A DNA stretch of 64,000 nucleotides from Thermodesulfobacteriota bacterium (lineage in GTDB: Bacteria > Desulfobacterota > Desulfarculia > JACQYL01): the NCBI GenBank assembly GCA_963675595.2, contig CAXXLZ010000002.1:704001-768000 (forward strand), read 5' to 3'. Under the pieces are notes generated by a model that was not told the origin of the DNA, made no database searches, and was given only the letters and a program-made list of their open reading frames with translations. Positions 16,863 to 28,599 of this stretch are shown in pieces. A program made the position numbers and the translations under genes. Positions within the stretch are counted from its first letter, which is position 1. Each line of letters opens with the position of its first letter.

Positions 16863-19800
16863 ATGTCATTGCATGAACCCATGAAACTTGCCTGTAAAAA
16901 GAACAAATATCATATTCGAAAGTGGGTCGCCCTTGAAGCCGTGCTTTTGCTGGTGCCGCTTTTACTCGGTTCCTGGACGGATGCCCGGGCGCAGGGACAA
17001 AAGCTTCGGTTTGACCGGGTGATCAGCACGGGTTCCATGTTGACTCCCGGTCCCATCATCCAGGATCACGACGGGTTTATCTGGATCGGGGCTCAGGGCA
17101 GCGGCCTGATCAAGTTTGACGGCTACGACCTTAAGAGGTATTCCGCCGGGCCCGACTCGATTCTGGACGATAATGTCACCGTATTGTATGAGGATAGCGC
17201 CGGCATCATCTGGATCGGCACGCTGGGCGGACTCAGCAGTTATGACAAGTCGACGGACACCTTTCAATCGTATCTCCACTCCCCGGATCGAATAGCCGGC
17301 ATCGGCAGCAACCGTATCAGCCCGTCGGCACAGGCGATCAAGGAAGACAAGGAGGGTAAAATTTGGGTCGCAACCGGAAACGGGCTGAATGCATTCGATA
17401 AGACCACCGGTACTTTTGCCCGCTATCTGCATGTTCCCGGCAAAAACGACAGCTTGGACAGCAATAACATTCTTTCCATTTGTGAGGATGAAGAAGGCTT
17501 TCTTTGGGTCTACACGGATAAGGGACAAAACAAATTCGACAAGGCAAGCGGGTCCGTTGAGCACTACGTTTTTGGCCCTCGTGAGTCCGTGGGTGTGGGC
17601 GAAAACACCGTTCACACCGTCATCGAGGATAAGGACGGGATCCTCTGGATCGGAACCGACTCCGGCCTCAACAGTTTCGATAAGGAGACAAACACCTTTG
17701 TCCGCTACAAGTTTGATCCCAGCAATCCGGAAAGTCTGCCGTGCGACCTGATCCACGTCATCCATGAGGATAAAGACGGAATTCTCTGGATAGGCCACGG
17801 CAACGACTTGAAGGGGCTGACACTTTTCGACAAGAAAACCGGCGTCTTCACCAACTACAGACATCATCCGAAAGATTCTTCTTCCATAAGCAGCGACTCA
17901 GTGGTGGGAATCCTGGAAGGTGCTCAGGGGATCATCTGGTTGGCGCACTTGAACGGCTCGTTGGATAAATATGACCCCAACAGCCACAAATTCAAAATAT
18001 ACCTGAGTGATCCGGATGACCCCCACACCATCAGCGATGACTTGATCAATACCTCTTACGAGGACAGTGAAGGCACGATCTGGTTCGGCGCCGGCAACGG
18101 ATTGAACAGATACGATAGAACCAGCGGCGAATTTACGCGTTATTTGAGTAATTCGGATGATCCCCGGAGTATACCGGGCGGCTTTATCTGCGGTCCTTTA
18201 GAAGACAGCCGGGGCAATTTCTGGGTGTTGTCCTCCAACAATTATATCTCGTTGTTCGACCGGGAAAAAGGCGTGGTATCGGCCGTCTATAAGACGGTGA
18301 GTTTCCCGGTTTCGGTCATTGAAGATCGTCTCAGACCGGAAATTCTGTGGATTGTTTCCTGGGGCGAAGGTCTGGCCAAGTTCAACAAGGTCAGCCACCA
18401 AACCACGGTATTCACTCATGATCCGGATAATCCTGAAAGCATCGCCCATAATAACATGGCCCATTTGTATCAGGATACGGAGGGGTACCTTTGGTTGCCT
18501 ACCGCGGGGGGCGGTTTGGACAAATTCGACCCGACAAAGGAAAAGGTCGTCAAACATTACAGGCATGATCCGGACAACCCCACAAGCATCGGCAGTGATA
18601 CGGTTGTCCATATCTTCAGAGATTCCTCCGGCAATTTCTGGGTCGGCACCTACGGCGGAGGATTGAACAAATTCGACGAAGAGAACGGAACCTTTAAGCG
18701 ATATACGGAGACAAACGGATTCCCCACGAACACAGTTACGAATATTCTTGAAGATGACCAGGGCATGTTGTGGCTGGGGTCAAAGATCGGATACATCAGG
18801 TTCGACCCTCGAACCGAAACGGCGAGAGTCTATACCAAGGAAGACGGACTGGCCGGCAACAAGTTCCAGGAGGCCGCCATGTGCAAGGCCCGGGACGGCA
18901 GCATATGGATCGGCACGATCACCGGCGCGAACAGCTTCCATCCGGAAGACCTCAAGGACAATCCCTATGTCCCGCCGGTCTATTTTACCTCCATTAAACA
19001 GGGTGGAGAAGAGATCGAACTGGGCAAGGCTCCCGAAAAGATCAGCGAGATTGAACTGGACTGGAAGAACAACTTTTTTGAGTTCGAGTTCGCGGCGTTG
19101 AATTACACGAATCCGCAGAAAAACCGGCATGCCTATATGCTGCAAGGGGTGGATCAGGATTGGTATTTCTCGGGAGCCAGACGCTTCGGCCGGTATACCG
19201 GCTTATCTCCGGGCGAATACACTTTGCGGGTCAAGGGATCCAACGATGACGGAGTGTGGAATGAACGGGGCAGCGCGGTCACCATCAGGATTTTGCCTCC
19301 ATGGTGGCGGACGGTCTGGTTCAGAGCCCTTGCCGCGGCTACGGTTTTGGGACTTCTATTCGGGAGCTACCGAGGACGGGTGAGAGCCATCAAGCGCCAA
19401 AGAAGACGGCTTGAACGAGAAGTCTCTGAAAGGACGCAAGAACTGCAAATCGCCAAGGAAGCCGCTGAATCGGCAAGTCGGGCCAAGAGCGACTTTTTGG
19501 CCAATATGAGCCATGAGCTGCGCACTCCCTTGAACGCGATCCTGGGTTATTCGCAATTGATGAGGAGATATCCCGACCTGCAGCAAGAACACCGGAAAAA
19601 CCTGGACATCATCAATCGCAGCGGCGAACATCTGCTGGCACTGATCAACGATGTGCTGGAAATCTCCAAAATCGAAGCAAGGCAGATTCACTTGGAAACC
19701 GCTTCGTTTGATTTGCCGGCCTTGCTCACCAATCTGGAAGTCATGTATTCCGCAAGGGCGGAAGCTAAAGGGTTGAGGTTTGAGATAACGGGTAAAGAAA

Positions 19801-20942
19801 ACGTCCCGCACTATGTAAAAACCGATCAGAGCAGACTGCTCCAGATACTGATCAATCTTCTGGATAATGCCTTCAAGTTTACTCGGAAAGGGACGGTCAC
19901 TCTGCATGTGGGGACGGCCAAACCGGCTAAAACTCCCGATCCTTCTCTTCAAACTCCGGCAAACACTGCTGAAGAACCGGCCGCGGGCATGCGTCTTTTT
20001 TTTGATGTGGCGGACACCGGTGTAGGCATCGCCGAGGATGAACTGGACAAGGTGTTTCAGTATTTTGAACAGACGCAGAGCGGCAAAAACCTCAAAAGCG
20101 GTACCGGATTGGGCCTTGCCATCAGCCGGGATTATGTGCGCGCCTTGGGCGGAGAGATCACCGTTGCCGGCGAGGTCGACAAAGGCAGCACCTTTTCCTT
20201 TGATATTGCAGTCGAAAAGGGTGACGAGTCCGATGTCGAAGGGCGTATTCCAGGGCGGCGCGTCCTTGGTCTCGCGCAGAGCATGGACCGTCAAGAGATT
20301 CCCCGCATTCTGGTTGCCGACGATATGGAAGAAGGTCGGGGTTTGCTGGTGAAGCTTTTAAAAGCCGTGGGATTTCAGGTTCGAGAAGCCGCCAACGGCA
20401 AAGAGGCATTGGATGTTTTTCAACAATGGCGGCCCCATTTCATTTGGATGGACATCCGCATGCCGGTGATGGACGGCCTGGAAGCCACCCGGCGCATCAA
20501 GGATACCGACGCGGGCAAATCAACCGTCGTAGCGGCGCTCACCGCCCATGCCTTGGAGGAAGAGAGAAAAATCATCTTGGCAAGCGGTTGCGACGATTTT
20601 GTGCGCAAGCCCTTTCGAGAAGACCAAATCTTTGAGGTCATGGCCAAGCATCTGAACATCAAGTATGTGTATGAAGATGATCCGGGACGGGTTGACTCTC
20701 CCGAACAGGAGTTCGTTTTACGTCCCGGACAATTGGACGCATTGCCCAAAGAAATGGTCGACCGGTTGTATCACGCGGTGGTGGAACTGGATATGGAAAA
20801 AACCTCGGCCCTGATTGCGCAGATCACCGAAAGGGATTCCGCCCTTGGCGGCGCGCTAAGGTCCCAGGCGGAAAAGCTGAATTACCGTCGTTTGCTGAGC
20901 ATGCTTGGGGAAAAGGATGTCGAGTCGGGAGAAGACTCATGA
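16863..20942 (+). CDS. Hybrid sensor histidine kinase/response regulator with periplasmic beta-propeller (Reg_prop) and Y_Y_Y domains
   Basis: Repeated EDxxGxIWIGT blades; [17 protein letters not shown]; [14 protein letters not shown]; GTGLGLAIS; REC domain WMDIRMP. Confidence 0.95.
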   Translation: MSLHEPMKLACKKNKYHIRKWVALEAVLLLVPLLLGSWTDARAQGQKLRFDRVISTGSMLTPGPIIQDHDGFIWIGAQGSGLIKFDGYDLKRYSAGPDSILDDNVTVLYEDSAGIIWIGTLGGLSSYDKSTDTFQSYLHSPDRIAGIGSNRISPSAQAIKEDKEGKIWVATGNGLNAFDKTTGTFARYLHVPGKNDSLDSNNILSICEDEEGFLWVYTDKGQNKFDKASGSVEHYVFGPRESVGVGENTVHTVIEDKDGILWIGTDSGLNSFDKETNTFVRYKFDPSNPESLPCDLIHVIHEDKDGILWIGHGNDLKGLTLFDKKTGVFTNYRHHPKDSSSISSDSVVGILEGAQGIIWLAHLNGSLDKYDPNSHKFKIYLSDPDDPHTISDDLINTSYEDSEGTIWFGAGNGLNRYDRTSGEFTRYLSNSDDPRSIPGGFICGPLEDSRGNFWVLSSNNYISLFDREKGVVSAVYKTVSFPVSVIEDRLRPEILWIVSWGEGLAKFNKVSHQTTVFTHDPDNPESIAHNNMAHLYQDTEGYLWLPTAGGGLDKFDPTKEKVVKHYRHDPDNPTSIGSDTVVHIFRDSSGNFWVGTYGGGLNKFDEENGTFKRYTETNGFPTNTVTNILEDDQGMLWLGSKIGYIRFDPRTETARVYTKEDGLAGNKFQEAAMCKARDGSIWIGTITGANSFHPEDLKDNPYVPPVYFTSIKQGGEEIELGKAPEKISEIELDWKNNFFEFEFAALNYTNPQKNRHAYMLQGVDQDWYFSGARRFGRYTGLSPGEYTLRVKGSNDDGVWNERGSAVTIRILPPWWRTVWFRALAAATVLGLLFGSYRGRVRAIKRQRRRLEREVSERTQELQIAKEAAESASRAKSDFLANMSHELRTPLNAILGYSQLMRRYPDLQQEHRKNLDIINRSGEHLLALINDVLEISKIEARQIHLETASFDLPALLTNLEVMYSARAEAKGLRFEITGKENVPHYVKTDQSRLLQILINLLDNAFKFTRKGTVTLHVGTAKPAKTPDPSLQTPANTAEEPAAGMRLFFDVADTGVGIAEDELDKVFQYFEQTQSGKNLKSGTGLGLAISRDYVRALGGEITVAGEVDKGSTFSFDIAVEKGDESDVEGRIPGRRVLGLAQSMDRQEIPRILVADDMEEGRGLLVKLLKAVGFQVREAANGKEALDVFQQWRPHFIWMDIRMPVMDGLEATRRIKDTDAGKSTVVAALTAHALEEERKIILASGCDDFVRKPFREDQIFEVMAKHLNIKYVYEDDPGRVDSPEQEFVLRPGQLDALPKEMVDRLYHAVVELDMEKTSALIAQITERDSALGGALRSQAEKLNYRRLLSMLGEKDVESGEDS

Positions 20943-23365
20943 CCGACCTCGGGAAAACAGAACCGGATCGTCAAGAAATTCTGATTGTTGAAGATACTCC
21001 GACCAGCCTTCAGTTTTTGACTCGCGTCCTTACGGGACAAGGATACCGCGTACGTCCCGCCACGGACGGTCCCCTTGCGCTGCAATCCGTGGCGGCCAAG
21101 CTGCCCGACCTCATCCTGCTGGATGTAAGAATGCCGGACATGGACGGCTATGAAGTTTGCCGCCGACTGAAATCGGATGAACGATGTCGAAAGGTTCCGG
21201 TCATTTTCATCAGCGCTCTGAACGATCTTTCGGAAAAAGTGGAGGGTTTTAGAGCCGGGGGCGTTGATTACATAACCAAACCGTTTGAGGCGGAAGAGGT
21301 CCTGGCACGGGTTCGAATCCATTTGAATTTGAAGGAACTGACCGAGAATCTGGAACGAAAGGTCGGCGAGCGAACCGAAAAGCTGACCATCGTCAACCGG
21401 CGGCTCGAGCAGGAAATCTCTGAGCGCAAGAAGGCGGAAGAAGCCCTACGAGCCAATGAGCGCACCCTTAAAGCAATATTTGATCAGACATTTCAACTCA
21501 TGGGTCTCTTGGATCCTGATGGAACCGTGATCAAAGTCAATAAAACGGCTTTGGATTTTGCTGGGATTGAAGAAAAGGACGTGGTCGGCAAACCTTTTTG
21601 GGAAACAACCTGGTGGAAACATTCTAGTGAATTGCAGGAACGCTTGCGAACGGCCATCAGCCGGGCGGCAAACGGAGAATTGATCCGCTTCGAAGTCGAC
21701 CACCTGAAAGAGTCCGGCGACATTCGTTACGTTGATGTCTCCATCAAACCGGTGAGGGACGAAGCCGGCAAAGTGATCTTTCTGATTCCGGAAGGTCGCG
21801 ACATCACTGAGCGTATAACGGCCGAGGAAAGACTTCAGAAGAGTGAAGAAGATTACAGACTTCTGATCGAAAATCAGACGGATTTTGTTGTGAAGTTCGA
21901 CAACGACGGCCGACTCCTCTTTGTCAGCCCCTCCTATTGCCGGCTGTTCAGCAAGACGGAAGAGGAATTGCTGGGGAAAAAGTTCCTGCCTTTGGTTCAC
22001 GAAGAGGATCGGGAACCTACCGTTGAAGCCATGAAGGGGCTTTATCAACCGCCCTACACGGTTTATCTGGAGCAACGGGCCATGACCAAAGACGGTTGGC
22101 GGTGGTTGGCCTGGAGCGCCACGGCCGTATTGGATGAAAAGAAGAATGTGACGGCCGCCATTGGCGTTGGAAGAGATGTCACGGATAGAAAAACGGCGGA
22201 AGAAGAGAAGAAGAAACTTGAATCACAACTTCGTCAGGCCATGAAGATGGAAGCCATCGGAACACTCGCGGGGGGTATCGCCCATGATTTCAATAACATC
22301 CTCGGCGCGATCATGGGGTATACGGAGCTCAGCATGTTGGAGGCACCCGAAGGAAGTCAGCTCGAAGCCAATCTGACTGCCGTCCTTGGGGCGACAGACC
22401 GCGCAAAAGACCTCGTCCGACAGATCCTGACGTTCAGCCGACGGACCGAACAGCAGCTCAAGCCCACGCAACTAAGCCTTATCGTGAGGGAGGCCTTGAG
22501 ACTTCTCAGGGCTTCCTTACCATCAACGATCAATATTCATCAGGATTTAAGGAGCAACGGCATCGTGATGGCGGACCCTACACAGATGCACCAGGTAGTG
22601 ATGAATCTGTGTACAAACGCAGGCCATGCCATGGAGGAAAAAGGCGGTCTGTTGGAAGTGTCCTTGATTGACATGGAAATTGATTCCAGCTTCGCGGCCG
22701 GATATCCCGACCTGAAGCCCGGGCCCCATCTGCAATTGACGGTGACCGACACAGGGCACGGCATGCCGCCTGAGGTGCTGAGTCAGATATTCGATCCCTT
22801 CTTCAGCACAAAAGAGAAGGGCCGGGGGACAGGTCTCGGGCTTTCGGTTGTCCATGGAATTGTAACCAGCCATGGCGGAACCATTCATGCTTACAGCGAG
22901 CCTGGAAAAGGCTCCAGCATGAAAGTTTATCTGCCCGTCATCGAGAGAAGGGCGGAGGTTGATGCAATAGAACGAAAGAAGCTTCCTATGGGGACGGAAC
23001 GCGTGCTTTTTGTCGACGATGAGCAACTCCTTACAAACGTTGGAAGCCGGATTCTGGAGACATTGGGCTATCGGGTTACGGCGAGCAACAGCAGCACGGA
23101 AGCGTTGGAGCTTTTCAGGTCAAAACCCGACATGTTTGACTTGGTGATCACGGACCAGACCATGCCGAAAATGACGGGGGACGAACTGGCAAAGCAACTC
23201 ATGGCGTTGAGGCCCGATATTCCCGTCATCATCTGTACCGGATTCAGTGCAAAGGTCAGCGAAGAGAAGGTTCGCGAGATGGGAGTAAGAGCCTTCATCA
23301 TGAAACCGTTGGTTATGCGGGATATTGCGGAAACAATACGAACCGTCCTGGATGAGATGGGATGA
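20939..23365 (+). CDS. Hybrid histidine kinase (REC-PAS-PAS-HisKA-HATPase-REC)
   Basis: [11 protein letters not shown]; two PAS/PAC; [13 protein letters not shown]; GTGLGLSVV; ITDQTMP; ATGA overlap with upstream kinase. Confidence 0.95.
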   Translation: MTDLGKTEPDRQEILIVEDTPTSLQFLTRVLTGQGYRVRPATDGPLALQSVAAKLPDLILLDVRMPDMDGYEVCRRLKSDERCRKVPVIFISALNDLSEKVEGFRAGGVDYITKPFEAEEVLARVRIHLNLKELTENLERKVGERTEKLTIVNRRLEQEISERKKAEEALRANERTLKAIFDQTFQLMGLLDPDGTVIKVNKTALDFAGIEEKDVVGKPFWETTWWKHSSELQERLRTAISRAANGELIRFEVDHLKESGDIRYVDVSIKPVRDEAGKVIFLIPEGRDITERITAEERLQKSEEDYRLLIENQTDFVVKFDNDGRLLFVSPSYCRLFSKTEEELLGKKFLPLVHEEDREPTVEAMKGLYQPPYTVYLEQRAMTKDGWRWLAWSATAVLDEKKNVTAAIGVGRDVTDRKTAEEEKKKLESQLRQAMKMEAIGTLAGGIAHDFNNILGAIMGYTELSMLEAPEGSQLEANLTAVLGATDRAKDLVRQILTFSRRTEQQLKPTQLSLIVREALRLLRASLPSTINIHQDLRSNGIVMADPTQMHQVVMNLCTNAGHAMEEKGGLLEVSLIDMEIDSSFAAGYPDLKPGPHLQLTVTDTGHGMPPEVLSQIFDPFFSTKEKGRGTGLGLSVVHGIVTSHGGTIHAYSEPGKGSSMKVYLPVIERRAEVDAIERKKLPMGTERVLFVDDEQLLTNVGSRILETLGYRVTASNSSTEALELFRSKPDMFDLVITDQTMPKMTGDELAKQLMALRPDIPVIICTGFSAKVSEEKVREMGVRAFIMKPLVMRDIAETIRTVLDEMG

Positions 23366-23396
23366 GACGAATGTGTGGAAAGTCGAACGGGAGAGC

Positions 23397-23632
23397 TCCT
23401 TTGCCGATTCGGGAGAGGCAAGGAAGGTTGGAAATCAGCGAGAAAACCGATTTCTCCCTCAACCTCTCCGCCGAAGGCGGTGAAGCTCCTTTTGTTACGA
23501 ACCCGGTTACCCATTCAGAGAGAACGACCAACTTCGGTTACCACGCGTTAGCGAGCAACCCGCTCAAAATGTTTGGGAAAGGGGCCGGGACAACCTTTTT
23601 CAAAAGGTTGTCCCGGATACCCCTGAATGGAT
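23397..23632 (-). repeat. Composite intergenic repeat (hairpin plus about 95-bp CCGCCTTCGGCGG unit)
   Basis: Reverse complement of 23397-23488 matches 32502-32592 (ctgatttccaac.ttccttgc.tc.cc.gaatcggcaaag); hairpin ccgggacaacctttt/aaaaggttgtcccgg. Confidence 0.75.
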
Positions 23633-23675
23633 ACGACAAAAGAAACGCACAAATTCAACACCGTCCCTCTTCCTG

Positions 23676-23966
23676 CTAGCCTCGAAAAAGCGTTTCAAAG
23701 TAACCAAACGGCATCAGGGGAATCAGTTCGAAGTCGATCAATTTCTCGCGAACAAAAGGCAATTCATTCAGGCTGTTTCGCGCTTCATCAACACTGTCGC
23801 ATTCAAGAACAAACACAACCCCCGTACGATCTTGCCGATCGTACATTTCTCTACAGGTGCCTTCTTTGTACAGTTTCCAAGCGCACTTCACTTCCGCTTC
23901 AAGATGAGGCCGCATTTTCTCGAGAGTTGCTTGAGGATCCACTTTGGCGATGGCTAAAATCTTCAT
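23676..23966 (-). CDS. Small dimeric alpha/beta barrel protein (muconolactone isomerase-like)
   Basis: MKILAIAK...WKLYKEG..REMY...GVVFVLECDSVDEA..LNELPFV...FELIPL; GGAGG SD. Confidence 0.75.
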   Translation of the reverse strand: MKILAIAKVDPQATLEKMRPHLEAEVKCAWKLYKEGTCREMYDRQDRTGVVFVLECDSVDEARNSLNELPFVREKLIDFELIPLMPFGYFETLFRG

Positions 23967-24102
23967 CTCTTCGCCCTCCTTTTCTCTGATCATTTCACCA
24001 CAAGCTCACCATATTTTTGAGTTCATTTAATGATTCCTTCCCGAATCTCCGGATCCGGCTGAGCATCCATGCAGGTTCGGCAGGCAGACGCTGTGAAGGC
24101 CG

Positions 24103-25065
24103 TCAGTAGCGTGATCCGGACGTCTCTCGCGGCAGGCGGCTTCGGATTTCCACCAGTTCCTCGGCGGTGAACCGCACCTTCCAGGCTCCCAGGTTTTCCT
24201 CCAGCCGTTCGATGCGCCGCGTGCCGGGGATCGTGAAGACGTCTTCGCCCTGCGCCAGGCCCCAGGCAAGGGCCACCTGTGCTTCCGTCGCGCCCTTTCG
24301 GGCCGCGATGTCTCGAATCAATTCCACAAAGCGAGCGTTCTCCGCCAGCGCTTCGTCGCTGAAGCGCGGATTGTCGCGCCGCCAGTCGGTTGCGTCGAGG
24401 GATGCCCTGTTGGGGATCGCGCCGGTGAGGAAGCCGCGGCCCAGCGGCGCATAGGCGACCAAGGCAATGCCCAATTCACGGCAGGCCTCCAGGATTCCCT
24501 CCTCCACATCTCGGGTCCAAAGCGAATACTCGGTCTGAAGCGCGGTGATGGGATGGACGGCATGGGCGGCATGAATCTGTTCGGCGGAGAATTCACTCAA
24601 CCCGATGAAGCGCACCTTGCCTTGCGCCACCAGTTCCTTCATGGCGCCGACGCTTTCTTCAACGCGTACGTTCGGGTCCGGACGATGCTGATAATAGAGG
24701 TCGATGGTCTCGACGCCGAGGCGCTTCAGGCTTTTCTCGCAGGCCTCCTTCACGTATTCAGGGCGACCGCAGACATCCAGCCATTCACCGTCGGCTCCCC
24801 GCCGAACGCCGAACTTGGTCGCCACGATCACCTTGTCCCAACGGTCCGAGAAGGCCTTGGAAACCAGCTCTTCGTTGTGTCCCAAACCATATATGTCGGC
24901 GGTGTCGAAGAAGTTCACGCCAAGGTCGACGGCTGCGTGCAGGGTCTTGATGTGGTCCGCTTCATCGTGCGTTCCGCCGTAAAACTCCGACATGCCCATG
25001 CATCCGAGGCCGATGCGGCCGACCCGAAGGGTGCTGTTGCCCAGCGTTTTGGGGGTATTTGTCAT
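24103..25065 (-). CDS. Aldo/keto reductase
   Basis: [54 protein letters not shown]; AGGAG SD before ATG 25065. Confidence 0.93.
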   Translation of the reverse strand: MTNTPKTLGNSTLRVGRIGLGCMGMSEFYGGTHDEADHIKTLHAAVDLGVNFFDTADIYGLGHNEELVSKAFSDRWDKVIVATKFGVRRGADGEWLDVCGRPEYVKEACEKSLKRLGVETIDLYYQHRPDPNVRVEESVGAMKELVAQGKVRFIGLSEFSAEQIHAAHAVHPITALQTEYSLWTRDVEEGILEACRELGIALVAYAPLGRGFLTGAIPNRASLDATDWRRDNPRFSDEALAENARFVELIRDIAARKGATEAQVALAWGLAQGEDVFTIPGTRRIERLEENLGAWKVRFTAEELVEIRSRLPRETSGSRY

Positions 25066-25099
25066 GGAAGTGTCTCCTGTACGGTGCATGGATTCCAGG

Positions 25100-25290
25100 G
25101 ATTCACGGGTGGGACTTTTAAAAAAGGGTTCCCTCGGGCTCCACTCAATAAACCTCTGGTATTTTAATAGGTTGGACGGAACATACTGCTCATTTTGCGA
25201 ATCGCGTACGCGATTCGCAAAAACACAACGGGGGTCCGGGGGCCATTGGTCCCCCGGCAGGGGGTGCGGGAGGACGGCGTCCCCCGGTGA
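25100..25290. repeat. MITE-like repeat plus GGGGG/CCCCC REP hairpins in the AKR leader
   Basis: Inverted homologue of 12859-12985; palindrome ttttgcgaatcgcgtacgcgattcgcaaaa. Confidence 0.7.
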
Positions 25291-25388
25291 CCCTGTAAAC
25301 AGGGACTTCATTCGCCCCTCCCTGCGATTCGACAGGTAAAGACTATACCCTTCGCGGCCCGCAGTGCATGCCGGTTCCTCCAAACTAC

Positions 25389-25462
25389 TTGCCCGATCCT
25401 ACACATTCTGGGAGAATTCGTTCCGTCCCACGCGGACTGATTTATAATGCCGACGGAGGCTG
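25389..25462 (+). promoter_or_regulatory. Divergent araC/AKR control region: putative AraC site, araC -10 and SD (cut off from araC by the intron)
   Basis: TTGCCCGATCCTAC (25389-402), TATAAT (25443-48), GGAGG (25455-59); rejoining across the intron gives GGAGG-ctgaagc-ATG. Confidence 0.65.
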
Positions 25463-27486
25463 GTAGAGTAGAGCGCTGACGGCAAAGGAGTTAAGGCCGA
25501 CTTTTAGTGACGCCTCGCTGCACGCAGCTACTACGTGTCGTCTAAACTTACTTACCGGCAGCGCCCCCTCGTCGAACCGGACGCGCGGATTTCCCGCATC
25601 CGGCTCTCCGATGATCTTTCAGCGACAAGGCATTCGCAAGAAGTTGACGGCTTTCTCATGCAGGTAGACCAACCCTTTCGCGCGCAGCGCCGCATACAGC
25701 GACGGCCCGTCCAGGTGTTGACAGCGCCGGTGGCTCCTCGTCTTCATGAATCGACGAAACCGGTTGTGGACAAACCAGTCGATTTTCTTGAACGCAACCC
25801 GCGGGTACCCAAACTTGAAGTATTGGCCCCAGCCCGTCAGGAATCGGTTCACCCGTTGGATGACCTCCTCCAGCGGCGCTTGCACCTTCCTCAACGTCAA
25901 TGCTCGCAGCCGCTCACGCGCCCGGTGCAGGGCCTTGGACGAGGGAACCACGTTCAAGTAGACACCGGGGCCGAGCACGCTGCGGTCGTAGCGGAAGGTA
26001 AAGCCCAGAAAGTCCAGGCTTCCTCTCGGTTGGTTCAGATTCACGATGCTGGTCTTGTCTCGATTCAGCGTCAGCCCGAGGGACCCGAGAGTCTCTTCGG
26101 CAAAATCCATGATCCGAGGGTTCATGCGCCGGACCAGGATCACCCAATCGTCGGCGTACCTGACAAGGTGGGCTTTCATGGTCCGCCCTGGTCCACCCGG
26201 ACCATGGAACTTCTTGTCGAACTCGTGGAGATAGATGTTGGCCAACAGGGGAGAAATCACCCCTCCTTGAGGTGTCCCTTTCTTCGGTCGGGTCACTTTC
26301 CGGACTCCATTTACTTCTTCCACCACCGGACTTTGCAGCCACATACGGATCAGTTTCAGCACCGATCGGTCCGCTATCCGCCGCTCCACGCACCGCATGA
26401 GCGGTTCATGGGGTATGGTGTCGAAGTAGCTCGTCAGGTCCGCGTCCAGTACCTCCCGATACCCGTCTTTCAGGGCCTGCCGGATCTCCGTCAACGCCCC
26501 GTGGGCGTTCCGGCCCGGACGAAATCCGTGCGAGCAGTCCTCGAAGTCCGCCTCGAAGATCGGTTCAATCAGGAGCAGCACCGCCATCTGGACGATCCGA
26601 TCCCTGATGGTCGGTATGCCCAGAGGCCGCTGCTTGCCGTTGGCTTTGGGGATGTACACCCGTTTCACCGGCAAGGGTCGATAGGTCTTCCCCTTCAGTT
26701 CCCGCTGGATGAATTCCAGAAGGACCTTCACCCCATCTTCCTTTGCCTCGATGGCCCGGATGCTCACTCCATCCACACCGGCCGCACCTCGATTGGCGCG
26801 TACCCGTCTCCACGCACTCTCCAGAACATCCCGACGATATACGCGATCGTACAACGCATAGAATCGAAACTCCGGCTCTTGCTTGGCCTTGAGGCCCAGT
26901 TTCATCCGAAGAAGGGAGACTTTGGCGGCCACTCCATTTTCCGGCTTGACCCGATCCGTAGTGGGACGTTTTCCGTCCAAGCGGTCCTTCCTCCATTCGT
27001 CCGAAACGCGATCAAAGTCCTGCCCCTTGGCTCCATCCTGTTTCCAGGACTTCTTCGCTACTATGGGCAAGTCCGACTCCCGGCCGGGACCGTGCAGCGG
27101 GTTATGTATTCCCCGCTGCCGTTTGGACTCGGGCTACCTGCCGCCCTGCCCGTCCCGCCGGGTCTCCCGGGTTCCCCGGCGCTCCTTCGAGTACATGCCG
27201 TCTCCAAACACCCCGGGCGGCACGGTGCGACGTTCCTGTTTTCCCATCGCACCATTGGCAGGTTTCCCCATATGCTTGGAAGGTCACCGCCGCCATCCGT
27301 GTAACGAGGCCGAAGCGAGTTCACTTGCGTTACGGCCTGCACTCTATCTGACCTTACGGCCTTTTCCGGCCCGCTTGACGCCTCGGGTTACCCCTGCGCG
27401 CCGGGCCGGCGACTTCGCGGTGAACAGGCAATTACCGCGGGCGGAACTTTCATCCGCCAGGATCGCCGGAGCTTTGCCCGGCGCAC
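25463..27486 (-). mobile_element. Complete group II intron (2024 nt), RT/maturase without endonuclease domain
   Basis: 5' GTGCG at 27486; domain V GAGCCGGATGCGGGAAATCCGCGCGTCCGGTTC (AGC triad); domain VI ending CTCTACTCTAC at 25463; EBS1 AAGCAT (27272-77) complementary to 5' exon ATGCTT. Confidence 0.93.
25619..26980 (-). CDS. ltrA: Group II intron reverse transcriptase/maturase
   Basis: [47 protein letters not shown], domain X GWGQYF; probable TTG start 26980 after GGAGG (ORF open to 27070). Confidence 0.95.
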   Translation of the reverse strand: MDGKRPTTDRVKPENGVAAKVSLLRMKLGLKAKQEPEFRFYALYDRVYRRDVLESAWRRVRANRGAAGVDGVSIRAIEAKEDGVKVLLEFIQRELKGKTYRPLPVKRVYIPKANGKQRPLGIPTIRDRIVQMAVLLLIEPIFEADFEDCSHGFRPGRNAHGALTEIRQALKDGYREVLDADLTSYFDTIPHEPLMRCVERRIADRSVLKLIRMWLQSPVVEEVNGVRKVTRPKKGTPQGGVISPLLANIYLHEFDKKFHGPGGPGRTMKAHLVRYADDWVILVRRMNPRIMDFAEETLGSLGLTLNRDKTSIVNLNQPRGSLDFLGFTFRYDRSVLGPGVYLNVVPSSKALHRARERLRALTLRKVQAPLEEVIQRVNRFLTGWGQYFKFGYPRVAFKKIDWFVHNRFRRFMKTRSHRRCQHLDGPSLYAALRAKGLVYLHEKAVNFLRMPCR

Positions 27487-27490
27487 AAGC

Positions 27491-28342
27491 ATGCACTTGG
27501 AAGGAATCATCAAACAAGTGGAAGGACTCATCGAACAAGACGCGCAGCCGATGGACGGTCTTTTGCTCTTCCGGCAGAACTCCCCGAGTTCGTTCGAAGC
27601 CTCGCTGTACGAGCCTGTCCTCTGCCTGATTCTCCGAGGCGCGAAACAGGTATCCATCGGAGAGCAGACCTTGTCCTTCGGCCCGGGGGAGTGCCTCCTC
27701 GTGAGCCACGACCTGCCCGTGCGCTCCAGAATCACGGAGGCTCCCTACTTGGCGTTGGTGCTCAAGGTGGACATTGCCACCATCAGGAAACTCTACGACG
27801 AGGTCGCAGAGTCGGCCCTCGCCGGCGAGCGCGCTCGTGCGGCGGAGACACATCGGGCGGATCCCGGGCTGCTCGATGCCGTGCGCCGATATTTGGCGCT
27901 CGCCGACTCGCCCGCGGACGCCAAGGTACTCGGTCCGCTCATCGCAAAGGAGATTCACTACCGCTTGCTGGTGGCCCCGTTCGGCGGGATGCTGCGCAGT
28001 CTCATTCGCCACGACAGCAATGCGAGCGCCATCGCCCGCGCCATCGGCCGGATCCGCGACGAAATCCGTTCGCCCATTGCGATCCCGGACCTCGCCCGGC
28101 AGGTCGGAATGAGCGTGTCGTCATTCCACAAGCACTTCAAGACCATCACCTCAACGACGCCGCTGCAATACCAGAAGGAGCTTCGCCTGCTCGAGGCAAG
28201 GCGACTCCTGAGGACGGGAGGCGCCTCGGTGACCACCGCCGCTTTTGATGTCGGTTACGAGAGCCCGAGCCAATTCAGCCGCGAGTACGCGCGCAAGTTC
28301 GGAGCCCCCCCGAGCCAAGATATGGTAAACGGGAACGGCTAG
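27491..28342 (+). CDS. AraC family regulator with AraC_N (YqhC-like) N-terminal domain
   Basis: [16 protein letters not shown]; [43 protein letters not shown]. Confidence 0.92.
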   Translation: MHLEGIIKQVEGLIEQDAQPMDGLLLFRQNSPSSFEASLYEPVLCLILRGAKQVSIGEQTLSFGPGECLLVSHDLPVRSRITEAPYLALVLKVDIATIRKLYDEVAESALAGERARAAETHRADPGLLDAVRRYLALADSPADAKVLGPLIAKEIHYRLLVAPFGGMLRSLIRHDSNASAIARAIGRIRDEIRSPIAIPDLARQVGMSVSSFHKHFKTITSTTPLQYQKELRLLEARRLLRTGGASVTTAAFDVGYESPSQFSREYARKFGAPPSQDMVNGNG

Positions 28343-28474
28343 GTGTGGTTGTGGGCCGCGCCGCGGCCTCGTTCGCGCCCGATTCACCGCGGCGTGCCGG
28401 GCTTGATCGAGGTCTTGGATGAGGCGCCGCTTGTGGTGGGGAATTTTTCAGCCCGTTGAAAAAAGCCGGTTGCC

Positions 28475-28599
28475 ACAGGTTGGTGAAAAACGATGACATG
28501 CAAGGCGCGCAAATCCCGAGGAATGAGACGTACATGGAGTACGCCGCAGTGACAAGGAATGAAGCGCAACGCCGCAGGTCGCGTTCTTCACCAACCTGT
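28475..28599. mobile_element. MITE, about 125 bp, with 13-bp perfect terminal inverted repeats
   Basis: ACAGGTTGGTGAA (28475-87) / TTCACCAACCTGT (28587-99); degenerate copy at 46166-46292. Confidence 0.75.

Noticed and set aside
24103-25383. 426-aa N-terminally extended aldo/keto reductase
   Set aside because: The extension reads through repeat DNA; the SD and family start are at 25065
25619-26980. RT as a retron, DGR or defence-associated RT
   Set aside because: It has domain X and is enclosed by GTGCG, domain V/VI and a matching EBS1-IBS1, so it is a group II intron; no TR/VR pair or msr-msd seen
25535-27304. 589-aa plus-strand ORF
   Set aside because: Antisense shadow of the intron RT; no recognisable motifs
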